DNA of 64,000 nucleotides from Macrostomum lignano (GCA_002269645.1 NIVC01000095.1:310001-374000); one strand, 5' to 3'; numbered from the stretch's first letter, positions 41,692 through 56,145 are shown. A program made the numbers and translations. Notes: a model not told the origin generated them from the sequence alone.

Positions 41692-44600
41692 TCCCCTCTC
41701 CCTCTCTCCCTGTACCTCGCTCTCTCTCCCTCTTTTCTTCTCCCTCTTACCCTCTCCCACTCCTTCTCTTCCTCTCACTCTCTCTCCCTCTCCCTCTCCC
41801 TCTCCATCTCCTTCTCCCTCTCTTCCTCTCCTCTCACCCCCTTTCCCTCTCACACTCTACCCCCCTCCCTCCCTCTCCCTCTCCCTCTCCCTCTCCCACT
41901 CTCCCACTCCCCCTCTCCCTATTTCCCTTTCACCCTCTTTCCCTCTCCCTCTCTTCCTCTCCATCTCGCTCTCTCCTCCCTCTTTCCCCCCCACTCCGTT
42001 TCTCTGTATTGTATGTAATTGTTGGCTTTATTCTTATTTCCAATGTAATGATCACTGCTTCAGCACTGATCAATCTGTACCTAAATTTCAATTCAGACAG
42101 CGCGGCATCGACTGCCAAGTGGTGTCTCGCAACATGTACACCTTGGCCGCCATCAACTGGGCCGACGCCGTGGTTTCAGCTGGCGGCGATGGCACCTTTC
42201 TGCTGGCCGCCAGCCGGATTAAATCCGCCACTAAGCCTTTGATTGGCGTCAACACCGATCCGGGAAAGTCAGAGGGCTACCTGTGCGTGCCGACTAGCAG
42301 GACTGCGCCCGATGCCATCGATGCCTTGCTGGCTGGCAGGTGAGCCTGCGGAGTCTCGCACCAGATCCTCAGTTGCTGGGCCGGCCATCCAGATCCTCGG
42401 TTGCTGGGCCAGCCTCCCAGAGTGTCAGTTGCTGTGCCAGCCTCCCAGATCCTCGGTTGCTGGGCCAGCCTCCCAGAGTGTCAGTTTCTGGGCCAGCCTC
42501 CCAGATCCTCGGTTGCTGGACCACCCTCCCAGACCCCAGGCCCAGCCACCACCCTCCCAGGCTCAGCCACCACCCTCCCAGGCTCAGCCACCACCCTCCC
42601 AGGCTCAGCCACCACCCTCCCAGGCTCAGCCACCACCCTCCCAGGCTCAGCCACCACCCTCCCAGGCTCAGCCACCACCCTCCCAGGCTCAGCCACCACC
42701 CTCCCAGGCTCAGCCACCACCCTCCCAGGCTCAGCCACCACCCTCCCAGGCTCAGCCACCACCCTCCCAGGCTCAGCCACGCCCTTCCCAACCCCAGGCT
42801 CAGCCACCACCCTCCCAGACCCCAGGCTCAGCCACCGCCCTCCCAGACCCCAGGCTCATCCACCGCCCTCCCAGACCCAAGGCTCAGCCACCGCCCTCCC
42901 AGACCCAAGGCTCAGCCACCGCCCTCCCAGACCCAGGTGCAGCAGCCACTCAGCTTACATTATCAGTAGTTGCGCCTCCAGCTGTTCAATATGCAGCCAC
43001 CAGAGGCAAATTCGCACCCAGTTGAGCTCTGATATTGACAGCAGTTCTCACAGTGTCGCATCGGAGTTGGCAGTTTGGGTTGCAAGAGAGACAGCGGCGC
43101 CTCTGCGCTTATCATGGGCCCGCAGTCCGGAACAATGGACCGGCCCGTTAGTCACGAGGCGGACAGCTTTAATGCTGATCCCAGATCCCCAGTTTATGAA
43201 CTCGAATTGCATCATGCCTCAGTTCAAGCTTACACTGCCTCCTAGATCCCCTTTTCTCATCCCAGATCCCTATTCCCCATTCCAGATCCCTATTCCCCAT
43301 TCCAGATCCACATTCCCCAATTCCAGATCCCCTTTCCCATCCCAGAACCCCATTCCTCATTTTAGATCCCCATTTTTCATTCTAGATAAGATTCAGCCTT
43401 CCACTCTCCATATCAGATCCACATGCCTCATCCCAGGTCCCCATGCCCTATCCTAGATCCGCTATTCCCATCCCAAATCCCCATTCCCCCTCCCAAATTC
43501 CCATTCCCCATTCCAAATCCCCATTCCCCATCCCAGATCCCCATTCCCCATTCCAAATCCCCATTCCCCATCCCAGATCCCCATTTCCCATCCCAAATCC
43601 CCATTTCCCATTCCATATCCCCATTTCCCATCCCAGATCCCCATTCCCCATCTCAGATCCCCATTTCCCATCCCAGATCCCCATTCCCCATCTCAGATCC
43701 CCATTCCCCATTCCAGATCCCCATTCCCCAGATCCTGATCCCCATTCCCCAGATCCTGATCCGCCGCTCCCATCCGCCCAGGTTCCGCTGGCTGTGGCGG
43801 CAACGCATCCGGGTCTCCATGTCAACGGGATTGCCTTCCAGCAGCCAGTCGTCAGCGGACAGCCCAGCCGATGGCGCCAGCCGCCTGCAGTCGTTACACC
43901 TAAAGTACCCGGAGTACCGTTTTTCGGAGCACTACAAGGAGCTCGAGGAGGCTTGGCTGCGCCGGCAGCCGATGCTGCAGTGCCAGGAGCATGAGCTCAG
44001 CCCGCTGCCAGTGCTCGCACTGAACGAAGTGTTCATCGGCGAGTCCCTTTCGGCCAGAGTGTCCTATTATGAGATGGGACTGGGCCGAGAGGGGCGAATG
44101 CGAAAGCAGAAATCCTCCGGAGTGACCGTGTGCACAGGGACCGGTTCCACTTCTTGGTATTTCCATATCAATCACCTGTGTGAGTTAAAAAAATTTTCAT
44201 TTTTAAAATCGCCCTTGAAGTCTGATTGTCGCTAAGAAATCGCGTATTTAAATTCCCGCTAAAAATAGATTCTTAACTCCCTTAACTCCTAGACCTAAAA
44301 TCTCTATACGAATCGCCCTAAAATCTCTATACGAATCGCCCTAAAATCTCTATACGAATCGCCCTAAAATCTCTATACGAATCGCCCTAAAATCTCTATA
44401 CGAATCGCCCTAAAATTTCTATACGAATCGCCCTAAAATTTCTATACGAATCGCCCTAAAATTTCTATAGGAATCGCCGTAAACTCACTTTAAAGGAATC
44501 GTCCTAAGCTTTAGGAATCGCCCTCAACTCACTTTAGAAATCGCCACTAAACTCACTTTAGGAATCGCCTCTGAACTCACTTTAGGAATCGCCACTAAAC

Positions 44601-47600
44601 TCACTTTAGGAATCGCCTCTGAACTCACTTAGGGATCGCCTCTGAACTCACTGGTAATCGCCTCTGAACTCACTTTTGGAATCGCCACTAAACTCACTTT
44701 AGGAATCGCCTCTGAACTCACTTTAGGAATCGCCACTAAACTCACTTTAGGAATCGCCTCTGAACTCACTTTAGGAATCGCCACTAAACTCACTTTAGGA
44801 ATCGCCTCTGAACTCACTTTAGGAATCGCCTCTGAACTCACTTTAGGAATCGCCACTAAACTCACTTTAGGAATCGCCTCTGAACTCACTTTAGGAATCG
44901 CCTCTGAACTCACTGGGAATCGCCACTCAACTCACTTTAGGAATCGCCTCTGAACTCACTTTAGGAATCGCCTCTAAACTCACTTTAGGAATCACCACTA
45001 AACTCACTTTAGGAATCGCCTCTGAACTCACTTTAGGAATCGCCACAAACTCACTTTAGGAATCGTCTCTGAACTCACTGGGAATCGCCTCTGAACTCAC
45101 TTTAGGAATCGCCACAAACTCACTTTAGGAATCGCCTCTGAACTCACTGGGAATCGCCTCTGAACTCACTGGGAATCGCCACTAAACTCACTTTAGGAAT
45201 CGCCTCTGAACTCACTTTAGGAATCGCCACTAAACTCACTTTAGGAATCGCCTCTGAACTCACTTTAGGAATCGCCTCTGAACTCACTTTAGGAATCGCC
45301 TCTGAACTCACTTTAGGAATCGCCTCTGAACTCACTTTAGGAATCACCACTAAATTCACTTTAGGAATCGCCTCTGAACTCACTTTAGGAATCGCCTCTG
45401 AACTCACTTTAGGAATCACCACTAAACTCACTTTAGGAATCACCACTAAACTCACTTTAGGAATCGCCTCTGAACTCACTTTAGGAATCGCCTCTGAACT
45501 CACTGGGAATCGCCTCTGAACTCACTTTAGGAATCGCCCCTGCACTCACTTTAGGAATCGCCTCTGAACTCACTTTAGGAATCGCCTCTGAACTCACTTT
45601 AGGAATCGCCTCTGAACTCACTTTAGGAATCACCACTAAACTCACTTTAGGAATCGCCTCTGAACTCACTTTAGGAATCGCCTCTGAACTCACTGGGAAT
45701 CGCCTCTGAACTCACTGGGAATCGCCTCTGAACTCACTTTAGGAATCGCCTCTGAACTCACTTTAGGAATCGCCTCTGAACTCACTTTAGAAATCGCCTC
45801 TGAACTCACTTTAGGAATCGCCACAAACTCACTTTAGGAATCGCCTCTGAACTCACTGGGAATCGCCTCTGAACTCACTGGGAATCGCCACTAAACTCAC
45901 TTTAGGAATCGCCTCTGAACTCACTTTAGGAATCGCCACTAAACTCACTTTAGGAATCGCCTCTGAACTTACTTTAGGAATCGCCACTAAACTCACTTTA
46001 GGAATCGCCTCTGAACTCACTTTAGGAATCGCCTCTGAACTCACTGGGAATCGCCACTAAACTCACTTTAGGAATCGCCTCTGAACTCACTGGGAATCGC
46101 CACTCAACTCACTTTAGGAATCGCCTCTGAACTCACTTTAGGAATCGCCTCTGAACTCACTTTAGGAATCACCACTAAACTCACTTTAGGAATCGCCTCT
46201 GAACTCACTTTAGGAATCGCCTCTGAACTCACTGGGAATCGCCTCTGAACTCACTTTAGGAATCGCCTCTGAACTCACTTTAGGAATCGCCTCTGAAGTC
46301 ACTGGGAATCGCCTCTGAACTCACTTTAGAAATCGCCTCTGAACTTACTTTAGGAATCGCCTCTGAACTCACTTTAGGAATCACCACTAAACTCACTTTA
46401 GGAATCGCCTCTGAACTCACTTTAGGAATCGCCTCTGAACTCACTTTAGGAATCACCACTAAACTCACTTTAGGAATCACCACTAAACTCACTTTAGGAA
46501 TCGCCTCTGAACTCACTTTAGGAATCGCCTCTGAACTCACTTAAGGAATCACCACTAAACTCACTTTAGGAATCGCCTCTAAACTCACTTTAGGAATCGC
46601 CTCTGAACTCACTGGGAATCGCCTCTGAACTCACTGGGAATCGCCTCTGAACTCACTTTAGGAATCGCCTCTGAACTCACTTTAGGAATCGCCTCTTAAC
46701 TCACTTTAGAAATCGCCTCTGAACTCACTTTAGGAATCGCCACAAACTCACTTTAGGAATCGCCTCTGAACTCACTGGGAATCGCCTCTGAACTCACTGG
46801 GAATCGCCACTAAACTCACTTTAGGAATCGCCTCTGAACTCACTTTAGGAATCGCCTCTGAACTCACTTAGGAATCGCCTCTGAACTCACTTTAGGAATC
46901 GCCACTAAACTCACTTTAGGAATCGCCACTAAACTCACTTTAGGAATCGCCTCTGAACTCACTTTAGGAATCGCCTCTGAACTCACTTTAGGAATCGCCA
47001 CTAAACTCACTTTAGGAATCGCCTCTGAACTTACTTTAGGAATCGCCACTAAACTCACTTTAGGAATCGCCTCTGAACTCTCTTTAGGAATCGCCTCTGA
47101 ACTCACTGGGAATCGCCACTCAACTCACTTTAGGAATCGCCTCTGAACTCACTGGGAATCGCCACTCAACTCACTTTAGGAATCGCCTCTGAACTCACTT
47201 TAGGAATCGCCTCTGAACTCACTTTAGGAATCGCCTCTGAACTCACTGGGAATCGCCTCTGAACTCACTGGGAATCGCCTCTGAACTCACTGGGAATCGC
47301 CTCTGAACTCACTGGGAATCGCCTCTGAACTCACTTTAGGAATCGCCTCTGAACTCACTGGGAATCGCCACTAAACTCACTTTAGGAATCGCCTCTGAAC
47401 TCACTTTAGGAATCGCCTCTGAACTCACTTTAGGAATCGCCTCTGAACTCACTTTAGGAATCGCCACTAAACTCACTTTAGGAATCGCCTCTGAACTCAC
47501 TTTAGGAATCGCCACTCAACTCACTGGGAATCGCCACTCAACTCACTTAGGAATCGCCTTAATGATCACTAAAAAGCCAGAAATCCCCCACCTGCAGCCG

Positions 47601-47968
47601 AGAGCCAGGTAGAGGAGATCCTGCACTACGCCAACCAATTAGCTGACTCACCTGACGGCAGTGGCAGCCGCAGTCGCCGCTACACTCCAGCCGAAATCGC
47701 TAGCATAGCGCGCAACTACAATTCTGCGTTAACATTCGACCCGGAGCTGATCCGCATGGCCTGGGCAGTTCGGGATCCGGTTGTTAACTCCGTGTTCGCG
47801 GCCGATCAGTGCCGCGGCGTGACAGACCTGATTCGAGTCCGGTCTCGAATGTGGGACGCCAGGCTGGTGATTGATGGCGACTACGCCTTCAGTTTCAATG
47901 ACGGCTGCGTTGCCCTGCTGGAGATGCGACCGGAGGATGCGATCTGCTGCGTGAGACTGTTGGATTGA
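40753..47968 (+). CDS. NADK2: NAD kinase 2, mitochondrial; join(40753..41025,41478..41566,42097..42339,43782..44179,47598..47968), 457 aa
   Basis: Motifs WADAVVSAGGDGTFL, KPLIGVNTDP.KSEGYLC, FRWLWRQRIR, ALNEVFIGESLSARVSYYE, QKSSG..VCTGTGS, RVRSR.WDA..VIDG...FSFNDG; phases 0,2,2,1 consistent; 1374 nt. Confidence 0.97.
41232..41430. repeat. ~15-bp diverged minisatellite (GGAGTTTAGGGATTT) in NADK2 intron 1
   Basis: Tandem degenerate units. Confidence 0.8.
41478..41566 (+). CDS. NADK2: NADK2 exon 2
   Basis: tttaag|TTA AAG CGC (LKRKGSDYDNLLLHHNIH) ... CTG CA|gtgagt. Confidence 0.9.
41654..41998. repeat. (CT)n / CTCTCC low-complexity tract in NADK2 intron 2
   Basis: Almost purely pyrimidine. Confidence 0.9.
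42097..42339 (+). CDS. NADK2: NADK2 exon 3 (GGDGT motif)
   Basis: attcag|A CAG CGC ... GGC AG|gtgagc. Confidence 0.95.
42360..42935. repeat. Compound minisatellite in NADK2 intron 3: 28-bp units then 21/24-bp units (CCAGGCTCAGCCACCACCCTC)
   Basis: The 28-bp part is the same family as 49528-49935. Confidence 0.92.
43190..43765. repeat. ~18-bp minisatellite (CCCAGATCCCCATTCCCCA-like) up to the NADK2 exon 4 acceptor
   Basis: Degenerate tandem units. Confidence 0.9.
43782..44179 (+). CDS. NADK2: NADK2 exon 4
   Basis: gcccag|G TTC CGC TGG ... CAC CTG T|gtgagt. Confidence 0.95.
44295..47559. repeat. 23-bp array grading into a 24/22-bp array (TTTAGGAATCGCCTCTGAACTCAC) filling about 95% of NADK2 intron 4
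   Basis: About 135 units; CCTCTG versus CCACTA variants. Confidence 0.98.
47598..47968 (+). CDS. NADK2: NADK2 exon 5
   Basis: cctgcag|CC GAG AGC; in frame with ORF 47756..47968. Confidence 0.95.
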
Positions 47969-48112
47969 TTCGATTCGGTTTTTTATGTTCTGCCTTTTAT
48001 TCATGTGAATCTCTGTCTGCCACTGTGTGCATCTATTGTACACTTCTGTTACTTATGAATAATTTAATTTGGCAGATTTTCTCTTTTGTTTTATTGTAAT
48101 AAGTCTTGTATT

Positions 48113-48720
48113 TCTCCCATCCTGACTCTCACGCCAACTCTCACCCTGACTCTCAACCTGACTCTTACCCTGACTCTCACCCTGACTCTCAACCTGACTC
48201 TTACCCTGACTCTCACCCTGACTCTCACCGGTACTCTCACCCGTACTCTCACCCTGATTCTCAACCTGACTCTCATCCCAACTCTCAATCTGACTCTCAC
48301 CCCAACTCTCACCCTGACTCTTTACCCAACTCTCACCCCAACTCTCACCCCAACTCTCACCCCAACTCTCACCCCAACTCTCACCCTGACTCTCACCCTG
48401 ACACCCCAACTCTCACCCTGACTCTTTACCCAACTCTCATCCCAACTCTCACCCTGACTCTCACCCCAACTCCCAACCCGACTCTCACCCTGACTCTCAA
48501 CCGGACTCTCACCCCAAATCTCAACCTGACTCTCACCCTAACACCCCAACTCTCACCCTGACTCTCACCTAGACTCTCACCCCAACTCTCTACCTGACTC
48601 TCACCCTGACACCCCAACTCTCACCCTGACTCTCACCTAGACTCTCACCCCAACTCTCTACCTGACTCTCACCCTGACTCTCAGTCAAAATCTCATCGAC
48701 TCTCACCCATACTCTCACCC
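48113..48720. repeat. Hexamer-based minisatellite (ACTCTC-ACCCTG/ACCCCA)
   Basis: 12/18-bp periodicity. Confidence 0.92.
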
Positions 48721-49527
48721 TTTATCCCTCTCTCCCAAATCGAAAGTGGAAACTTTGAATTGCACTTTCTCTATTGTTCCCTCCTTAGCCTTATTAATAT
48801 AGCCTTTTATCAGATTTTTTGGTTTGACAGTAACTACTCAGTTCCATTTATATACGCCACCCTGGAAATTCGCATTGTGCCCTCAAGTTGTTTTCACTCT
48901 GCTGTTAAGTAAATTGTCTTTGTCAATTGAAACAAATATTAAAAGCATTGCAACAGCATTTAATCTAAAGACAAAGAGTTTCTGATATTTAACCGGTAAT
49001 CTACATTTACCTATTGTTAATCTATTTATTACTCAAGTTCAAAAGTAGTATGTTATGTTTTTTAAATAATTTCTTTTCACCAATACTGATTTCAGCTATG
49101 GATGTTGAGAAAGTTTATCAAGACTCACTTACTCAGTTTTTCATTTAATAAACAACCCTAAATTCATTTTAATACACATTTTGAAGTGTTTGAACACAAT
49201 TAAACATTTCAAATTCTTGCTACAATATATTGATGCAGCCATTGTCTATTTATCAACATGCAATCGGTATGAGACTAAATAAAATATTTGAATTCGTGCC
49301 GCTGAAATTAACAAAATCAAAGGCATTGTTGTCTATTCAAAGAGTTCATTTGTGTTTGTTACAGTAAACAGCATTTCTATGTTTTCATTCGTTACTTTCT
49401 TTTTATAATTATTATCGCACTGCTCGATTGTGCCTACTATGAGTACAGAATATCGAGTAGCTACTCGTCCATATCCATTGATAAATATTTATTCTCTAGG
49501 TTATCTCTAGCCATACGCACAGAAATA

Positions 49528-49935
49528 CAGTTGCTGGGCCAGCCTCCCACATCCTCAGTTTCTGTGCCAGCCTCCCAGATCCTCAGTTGCGGGGCCAGCC
49601 TCCAAAATCCTCAGTTTCTGTGCCAGCCTCCCAGATCCTCAGTTGCGGGGCCAGCCTTCCAGATCCTCAGTTTCTGTGCCAGCCTCCCAGATCCTCAGTT
49701 GCTGGGCCAGCCTCCCAGATCCTCAGTTTCTGTGCCAGCCTCCCAGATCCTCAGTTGCTGGGCCAGCCTCCCAGATCCTCAGTTGCGGGGCCAGCCTCCC
49801 AGAGTGTCAGTTGCGGGGCCAGCCTCCCAGATCCTCAGTTTCTGTGCCAGCCTCCCAGATCCTCAGTTGCGGGGCCAGCCTCCCAGATCCTCAGTTGCTG
49901 GGCCAGCCTCCCAGATCCTCAATTGCTGGGCCTCG
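49528..49935. repeat. 28-bp minisatellite (CCAGATCCTCAGTTKCKGKGCCAGCCTC)
   Basis: About 14 units. Confidence 0.93.
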
Positions 49936-50527
49936 GCCTCCTCCAGATTCCCGCTTTTGTCTCGCCAAAGGCAGTAGTGATTCTTTTCAGTATTAGCACT
50001 GCGTTCATTAGAATTGAGCATCAAGTTATAATGCTTTAGCACAGGCAAACCACTGCAGTTTTGCGCTGAGTCGCTGCTATCTTTCAGCTGCTTCAGCACG
50101 ATTGCTTTCCTGCTGACGCCACTCTTATTTAATTGTACGTGTCTCTACTATAAAAATGGTAAATGCGCATCGCATGCTTAGCGATGTTGGCGGGCTGGAG
50201 TAAAAATTCTAATTAAATGCTGGCTCATCGCGGTGAGAAAAAGCGAGAGTTCAATCCCGAGCACTTGATTGACAGCTGATAGGCTTTCTGTTTTACACTG
50301 TTCTGTAGCTTATTGTAGGGTAGGGTGGAGTGTTTGTTAAACGACTGTCGCTTCAGGACTGTGTAGCAGCATTAAAGATGTAATTGTCAGGTGAGTCAGT
50401 GTGCTCACAGTGAAACATGCGTGCAGTTATTACCTGTTGCGTTTGTCCAACCGTTGTTTCTTGCATTTGTTTATCTATCTTGTTAATGTCTGTCTCTGTG
50501 TGTCTATCTGTCTTTTTAATGTATGCC

Positions 50528-50844
50528 TATCTACATCTATCTATCTATCTACCTATCTACCTATCTATCTATCTACCTATCTACCTATCTATCTATCTAC
50601 CTATCTATCTATCTATCTATCTACCTATCTATCTATCTACCTATCTATCTATCTATCTACCTATCTACCTATCTATCTATCTATCTATCTACCTATCTAT
50701 CTATCTATCTATCTACCTATCTATCTATCTATCTATCTATCTACCTATCTACCTATCTACCTATCTATCTATCTACCTATCTATCTACCTATCTATCTAC
50801 CTATCTACCTATCTATCTACCTATCAACCTATCTATCTATCTAC

Positions 50845-50879
<35 letters not shown>

Positions 50880-51176
50880 CCTATCTATCTATCTACCTAT
50901 CTATCTATCTATCTATCTACCTATCTATCTATCTATCTATCTATCTACCTATCTACCTATCTATCTATCTACCTATCTACCTATCTATCTATCTACCTAT
51001 CTATCTATCTATCTACCTACCTACCTATCTATCTATCTATCTACCTACCTACCTATCTATCTATCTATATATCCATGTATCTACCTATCTATCTATCTAC
51101 CTATCTATCTATCTATCTACCTATCTACCTATCTATCTATCTATCTATCTACCTATCTATCTATCTATCTATCTAC

Positions 51177-51219
<43 letters not shown>

Positions 51220-51320
51220 CCTATCTACCTATCTACCTATCTATCTATCTACCTATCTATCTACCTATCTATCTACCTATCTACCTATCTATCTACCTAT
51301 CAACCTATCTATCTATCTAC

Positions 51321-51355
<35 letters not shown>

Positions 51356-51628
51356 CCTATCTATCTATCTACCTATCTATCTATCTATCTATCTACCTAT
51401 CTATCTATCTATCTATCTATCTACCTATCTACCTATCTATCTATCTATCTATCTACCTATCTATCTATCTACCTATCTATCTATCTATCTACCTACCTAC
51501 CTATCTATCTATCTATCTACCTACCTACCTATCTATCTATCTATATATCCATGTATCTACCTATCTATCTATCTATCTACCTATCTATCTATCTATATAC
51601 CTATCTACCTATCTATCTATCTATCTAC
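50528..51628. repeat. (TATC/TACC)n compound microsatellite with an internal ~480-bp duplication
   Basis: Marker ATATCCATGTATC at about 51069 and 51545. Confidence 0.97.
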
Positions 51629-52296
51629 TGGTATATATCTGCCTTTACAGTTTCTAACGCAAAAGCATTCTTTTCTATCAAGCATAATGTCCAGCGTCAG
51701 CTTAACTTAAAGCCCGTAAGCCACAGGGTCTACTCAAACTTGCATAGTCAGTTAAACAGCCATCTTGCAGCATCGTATAGCACCTGGCACCTGGCAGTAA
51801 TTAAAAAAATATGCGATGATGACACTCGCTGCTTTTCTATTGAAAGAAATTTCCTGTTCTCTTTTTATTTAACTTGTTTTCTTTTGGCACCCCCGGCTCC
51901 TCGATCTGCTGTCAAAGCGATTTAAGAGAGAATCCATTATCAAAGGACGCCGCAGTGCACACAGCCGGGCCAGGCTATCATATTCGGCACCTATGAATGC
52001 TGTGCTCGAACGAGCTGTCAAACAGTTTAATGCTTGTGGTCTATATACGAGTAGTGCATATTATTAGCCTCATAGACTGGCTAAGAGCTATAGATGTGAG
52101 ACTACTACCAAAGACCCCTAGGGAACACTTGGATTGGAAAGCGAAGCAAGATTTCTCAAACTCAACAGACCACTAAGTGTCGCACTAAAGGACGTGGACA
52201 CTTAAGAGAAGCATTCCATGAGCGGATTTTAATTAACAAAAATTGTTTACATTGATAAAGACGACAAAATAGAATTTATATTTGTAACAACCAGCT

Positions 52297-53135
<839 letters not shown>

Positions 53136-54084
53136 CATGTAACTATCTAAGAGTATCTATTTTACAGTTTCTAACGTACTAGCATTCTGTCTCGGTTTCA
53201 AGCCCGCAGTCCATATTGTCTGTTGCAGCGGTCCATGCTCAGCAGCCGGCCCTGAGCTGCCTAGGTCCAACGCTGTTTATTGAAGCTCGGCACCAAGTCG
53301 AGCTCTTAGAAGGGGAGGCGTTTATTAAGCTCAAAAACAAATAAATTCTCCATGGTCTCCTAATTTGTTCGTTTGCCTTGCTAAGCCTGTGTGTCTGTGC
53401 CGCCTGCCTTTGATGTCAGCGACCTATATTATTATATGATATATATTAGTAAGATATTCTACAGTCTACACAGAGAGAGTCATATAGAAAGAGAAATATT
53501 TGTTCACAAAATTGGCTTTTTGTCACCGATAACTCTGGTCAGACAAAAACATATCTTGGCTTTTTTCGACTGGAACGAAGCAAATATCGAAGGGATTAAT
53601 ATCCCATTCTATATTTGGGGAGATTTGAGAGATCTTGGCTCTTTCCGGCCTCGTGTCGCAGATTTGGGGAGTTTATCCGCTTTTAAGTGGCCCCTATGGA
53701 GGAATGAGAACTAAAGGGGAAGATTATCCCCTATCAGCGATCCCCCAATGCACGCTCGAAGTTAATCTGGCGCCGTTATTCCCTGTGGATATTGTGAGAA
53801 TGATTCTACCAGGGGCGAGGGGTCATCCAGCTGATTGACCGAGCTTATGAGCGGGATTATCCCGCAAATGGGAGATCGGCAGGAGGCTCTGTAATCTGGA
53901 TCTGTTGGAGTTGGGAAGAATACATTTACATTTTTACCCTTCTCTGATTGTGTTCTCTGCTCCCCGTCGGATTGCGATTCTGGATCTGATTGATGAGGCA
54001 TTGGGAGCCATTATGAGATGATGCTGCATGCATACGGCACCGATTTGGCATGAAAATTTGAAAACAAAATCTTTCTTACACTCT

Positions 54085-54730
54085 CTTACCCACTCCCACC
54101 CTCTCTTACCCACTCCCACCCTCTCTTACCCACTCCCACCCTCTCTTACCCACTCCCACCCTCTCTTACCCACTCCCACCCTCTCTTACCCACTCCCACC
54201 CTCTCTTACCCACTCCCACCCTCTCTTACCCACTCCCACCCTCTCTTACCCACTCCCACCCTCTCTTACCCACTCCCACCCTCTCTTACCCACTCCCACC
54301 CTCACTTACCCATTCCCACCCTCTCTTACCCTCTCTTACCCTTTCCCACCCTCTCTTACCCTCTCTTACCCTTTCCCACCCTCTCTTACCCTCTCTTACC
54401 CTCTCTTACCCTTTCCTACCCTCTCTTACCCTCTCTTATCCTCTCCCACCCTCTCTTACCCTCTCTTACCTTCTCCCACCCTCTCTTATCCTCTCCCACC
54501 CTCTCCCACCCTCTCCCACCATCTCTTACCCTCTCTTACCCTCTAATATCCTCTCACACCCTCTCTTACCCTTTCCCACCCTCTCTTACCCTCTCTTTTC
54601 CTCTCCCACTCTCTCCCACCCTCTCTTACCCTCTCTTACCCTCTCCCACACTCTCCCACCCTTTCTTATCCTAGCTCTCCACCCTCTCTTACCCTCTCCC
54701 ACTCTCTTTAACCCTCTTTCACCCCTCCCT
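54085..54730. repeat. 20-bp minisatellite (CACTCCCACCCTCTCTTACC) decaying to 10-bp units
   Basis: Perfect 5' block, diverged 3' part. Confidence 0.93.
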
Positions 54731-55604
54731 ATAGTCTCATCACAGTACAAAAATGCATTCTAAAAAGCACATATCACTCGAGAAGCAGTCTACATGAAGT
54801 CATGCAGAATCTTTGTCTCAAATTAGTGCCAAATATCAACCGCTCTTCTTTCCGTTAATGAACAGCCTCGATATGTTGCATATTTATTAAATAAACAAGA
54901 ATTGCATTCGTAAATGATGATGTATAAGCTTTCTATACAGTTCGGTGGCGGCATGAGATCTGCTGCAGATCTCTCAAATCAAGCGCATTAGGAAGTTGAC
55001 AGAGATTTTGTAGCAAAAAATTATGCTATGAAATTATTGCTGCAATTAGATGGCTCCAGTTGTAACCTTAAACCCCCCTCGTCTTTTATAAGGCAGGCAG
55101 TGCGTGCATGGCCTTGTGTGTGTGTTTTGTGTGTTTTTAACTTCCACACATCCATTGCAGCCACTGCAGAAGTCCTCAATTTCGGATATCACATGCTACA
55201 AAGTGAATTGTATATGTCTTCTGTGTGAAACACAGTCTTATATATGTAGGCTCTATTGAGTAAATCCGCCGTATAGGTTTCATATGAATTCAGTGCCAAT
55301 AATAATAATAATAATAACAATAATAATAATTGTAGCCAGAGCATCAGTTCCAAGCGATTGAGTTGAGGAGAAATCTGAGACCCATCTGGATGCGATGCAG
55401 AAATGCTTCATCTGCGCATTGGTCCTGCAATCGGTTCATGCATGCATCTGAACGGATGTAACACATGTGTACATTTCCGCAGTGCTAACAGGGCACAGCA
55501 TAATAACAATTGCAAGAGGCTCCCCAGTGCAGGTTGAGGCAATTCTACCCATTTAGCTGACTCCTGGGCTATGCAAGCGCGCCAACACTGAAGGTAGGGA
55601 AGGG

Positions 55605-56145
55605 GGGCGCCACTGACTCTGTGTTGACACTATGCTGACTCTTTGTTGTGGCGCCATTGACTCTGTTTTGGCGCCACTGAATATTTGTTTTGGCACTACT
55701 GACTCTTTGTTTTGATGCTACTGACTCTTTGTTTTGGCGCTACTGACTCTCTGTTTTGGCGCCACTGACTCTTTGTTTTGGCGCTACTGACTCTTTGTTT
55801 TGGCACTACTGACTCTTTGTTTTGGCGCTACTGACTCTTTGTTTTGACGCTTACTGACTCTTTGTTTTGACGCTTACTGACTCTTTGTTTTGATGCTATA
55901 CTGACTCTTTGTTTTGGCGCCACTGACTCTTTGTTTTGGCACTACTGACTCTTTGTTTTGATGCTACTGACTCTTTGTTTTGGCGCCACTGACTCTTTGT
56001 TTTGATGCTACTGACTCTTTGTTTTGCTACTACTGACTCTGTTTTGGCACCACTGACTCTATGTTTTAGCGTCACTGACTCTTTTTGTGATGCCATTGAC
56101 TCTTTGTTTTGGCGCCACTCCGAAGCCATCTTTGGCGCCACTCCA
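55605..56145. repeat. 22-bp minisatellite (TTTTGGCGCCACTGACTCTTTG)
   Basis: About 24 units. Confidence 0.93.

Noticed and set aside
42243-43994. Pro/Ser-rich ORFs spanning NADK2 intron 3
   Set aside because: Minisatellite translations; only the part from 43782 is coding
48113-48720. Telomere-like look of ACCCTG/ACCCCA hexamers
   Set aside because: No true (TTAGGG)n run; alternates with ACTCTC; interstitial minisatellite
50401-51925. 400-500-aa YLSI-repeat ORFs
   Set aside because: (TATC)n is stop-free on this strand
53391-54001. Cluster of 67-107-aa ORFs, possible retroelement remnant
   Set aside because: No RT, integrase or endonuclease motif recognisable in any frame
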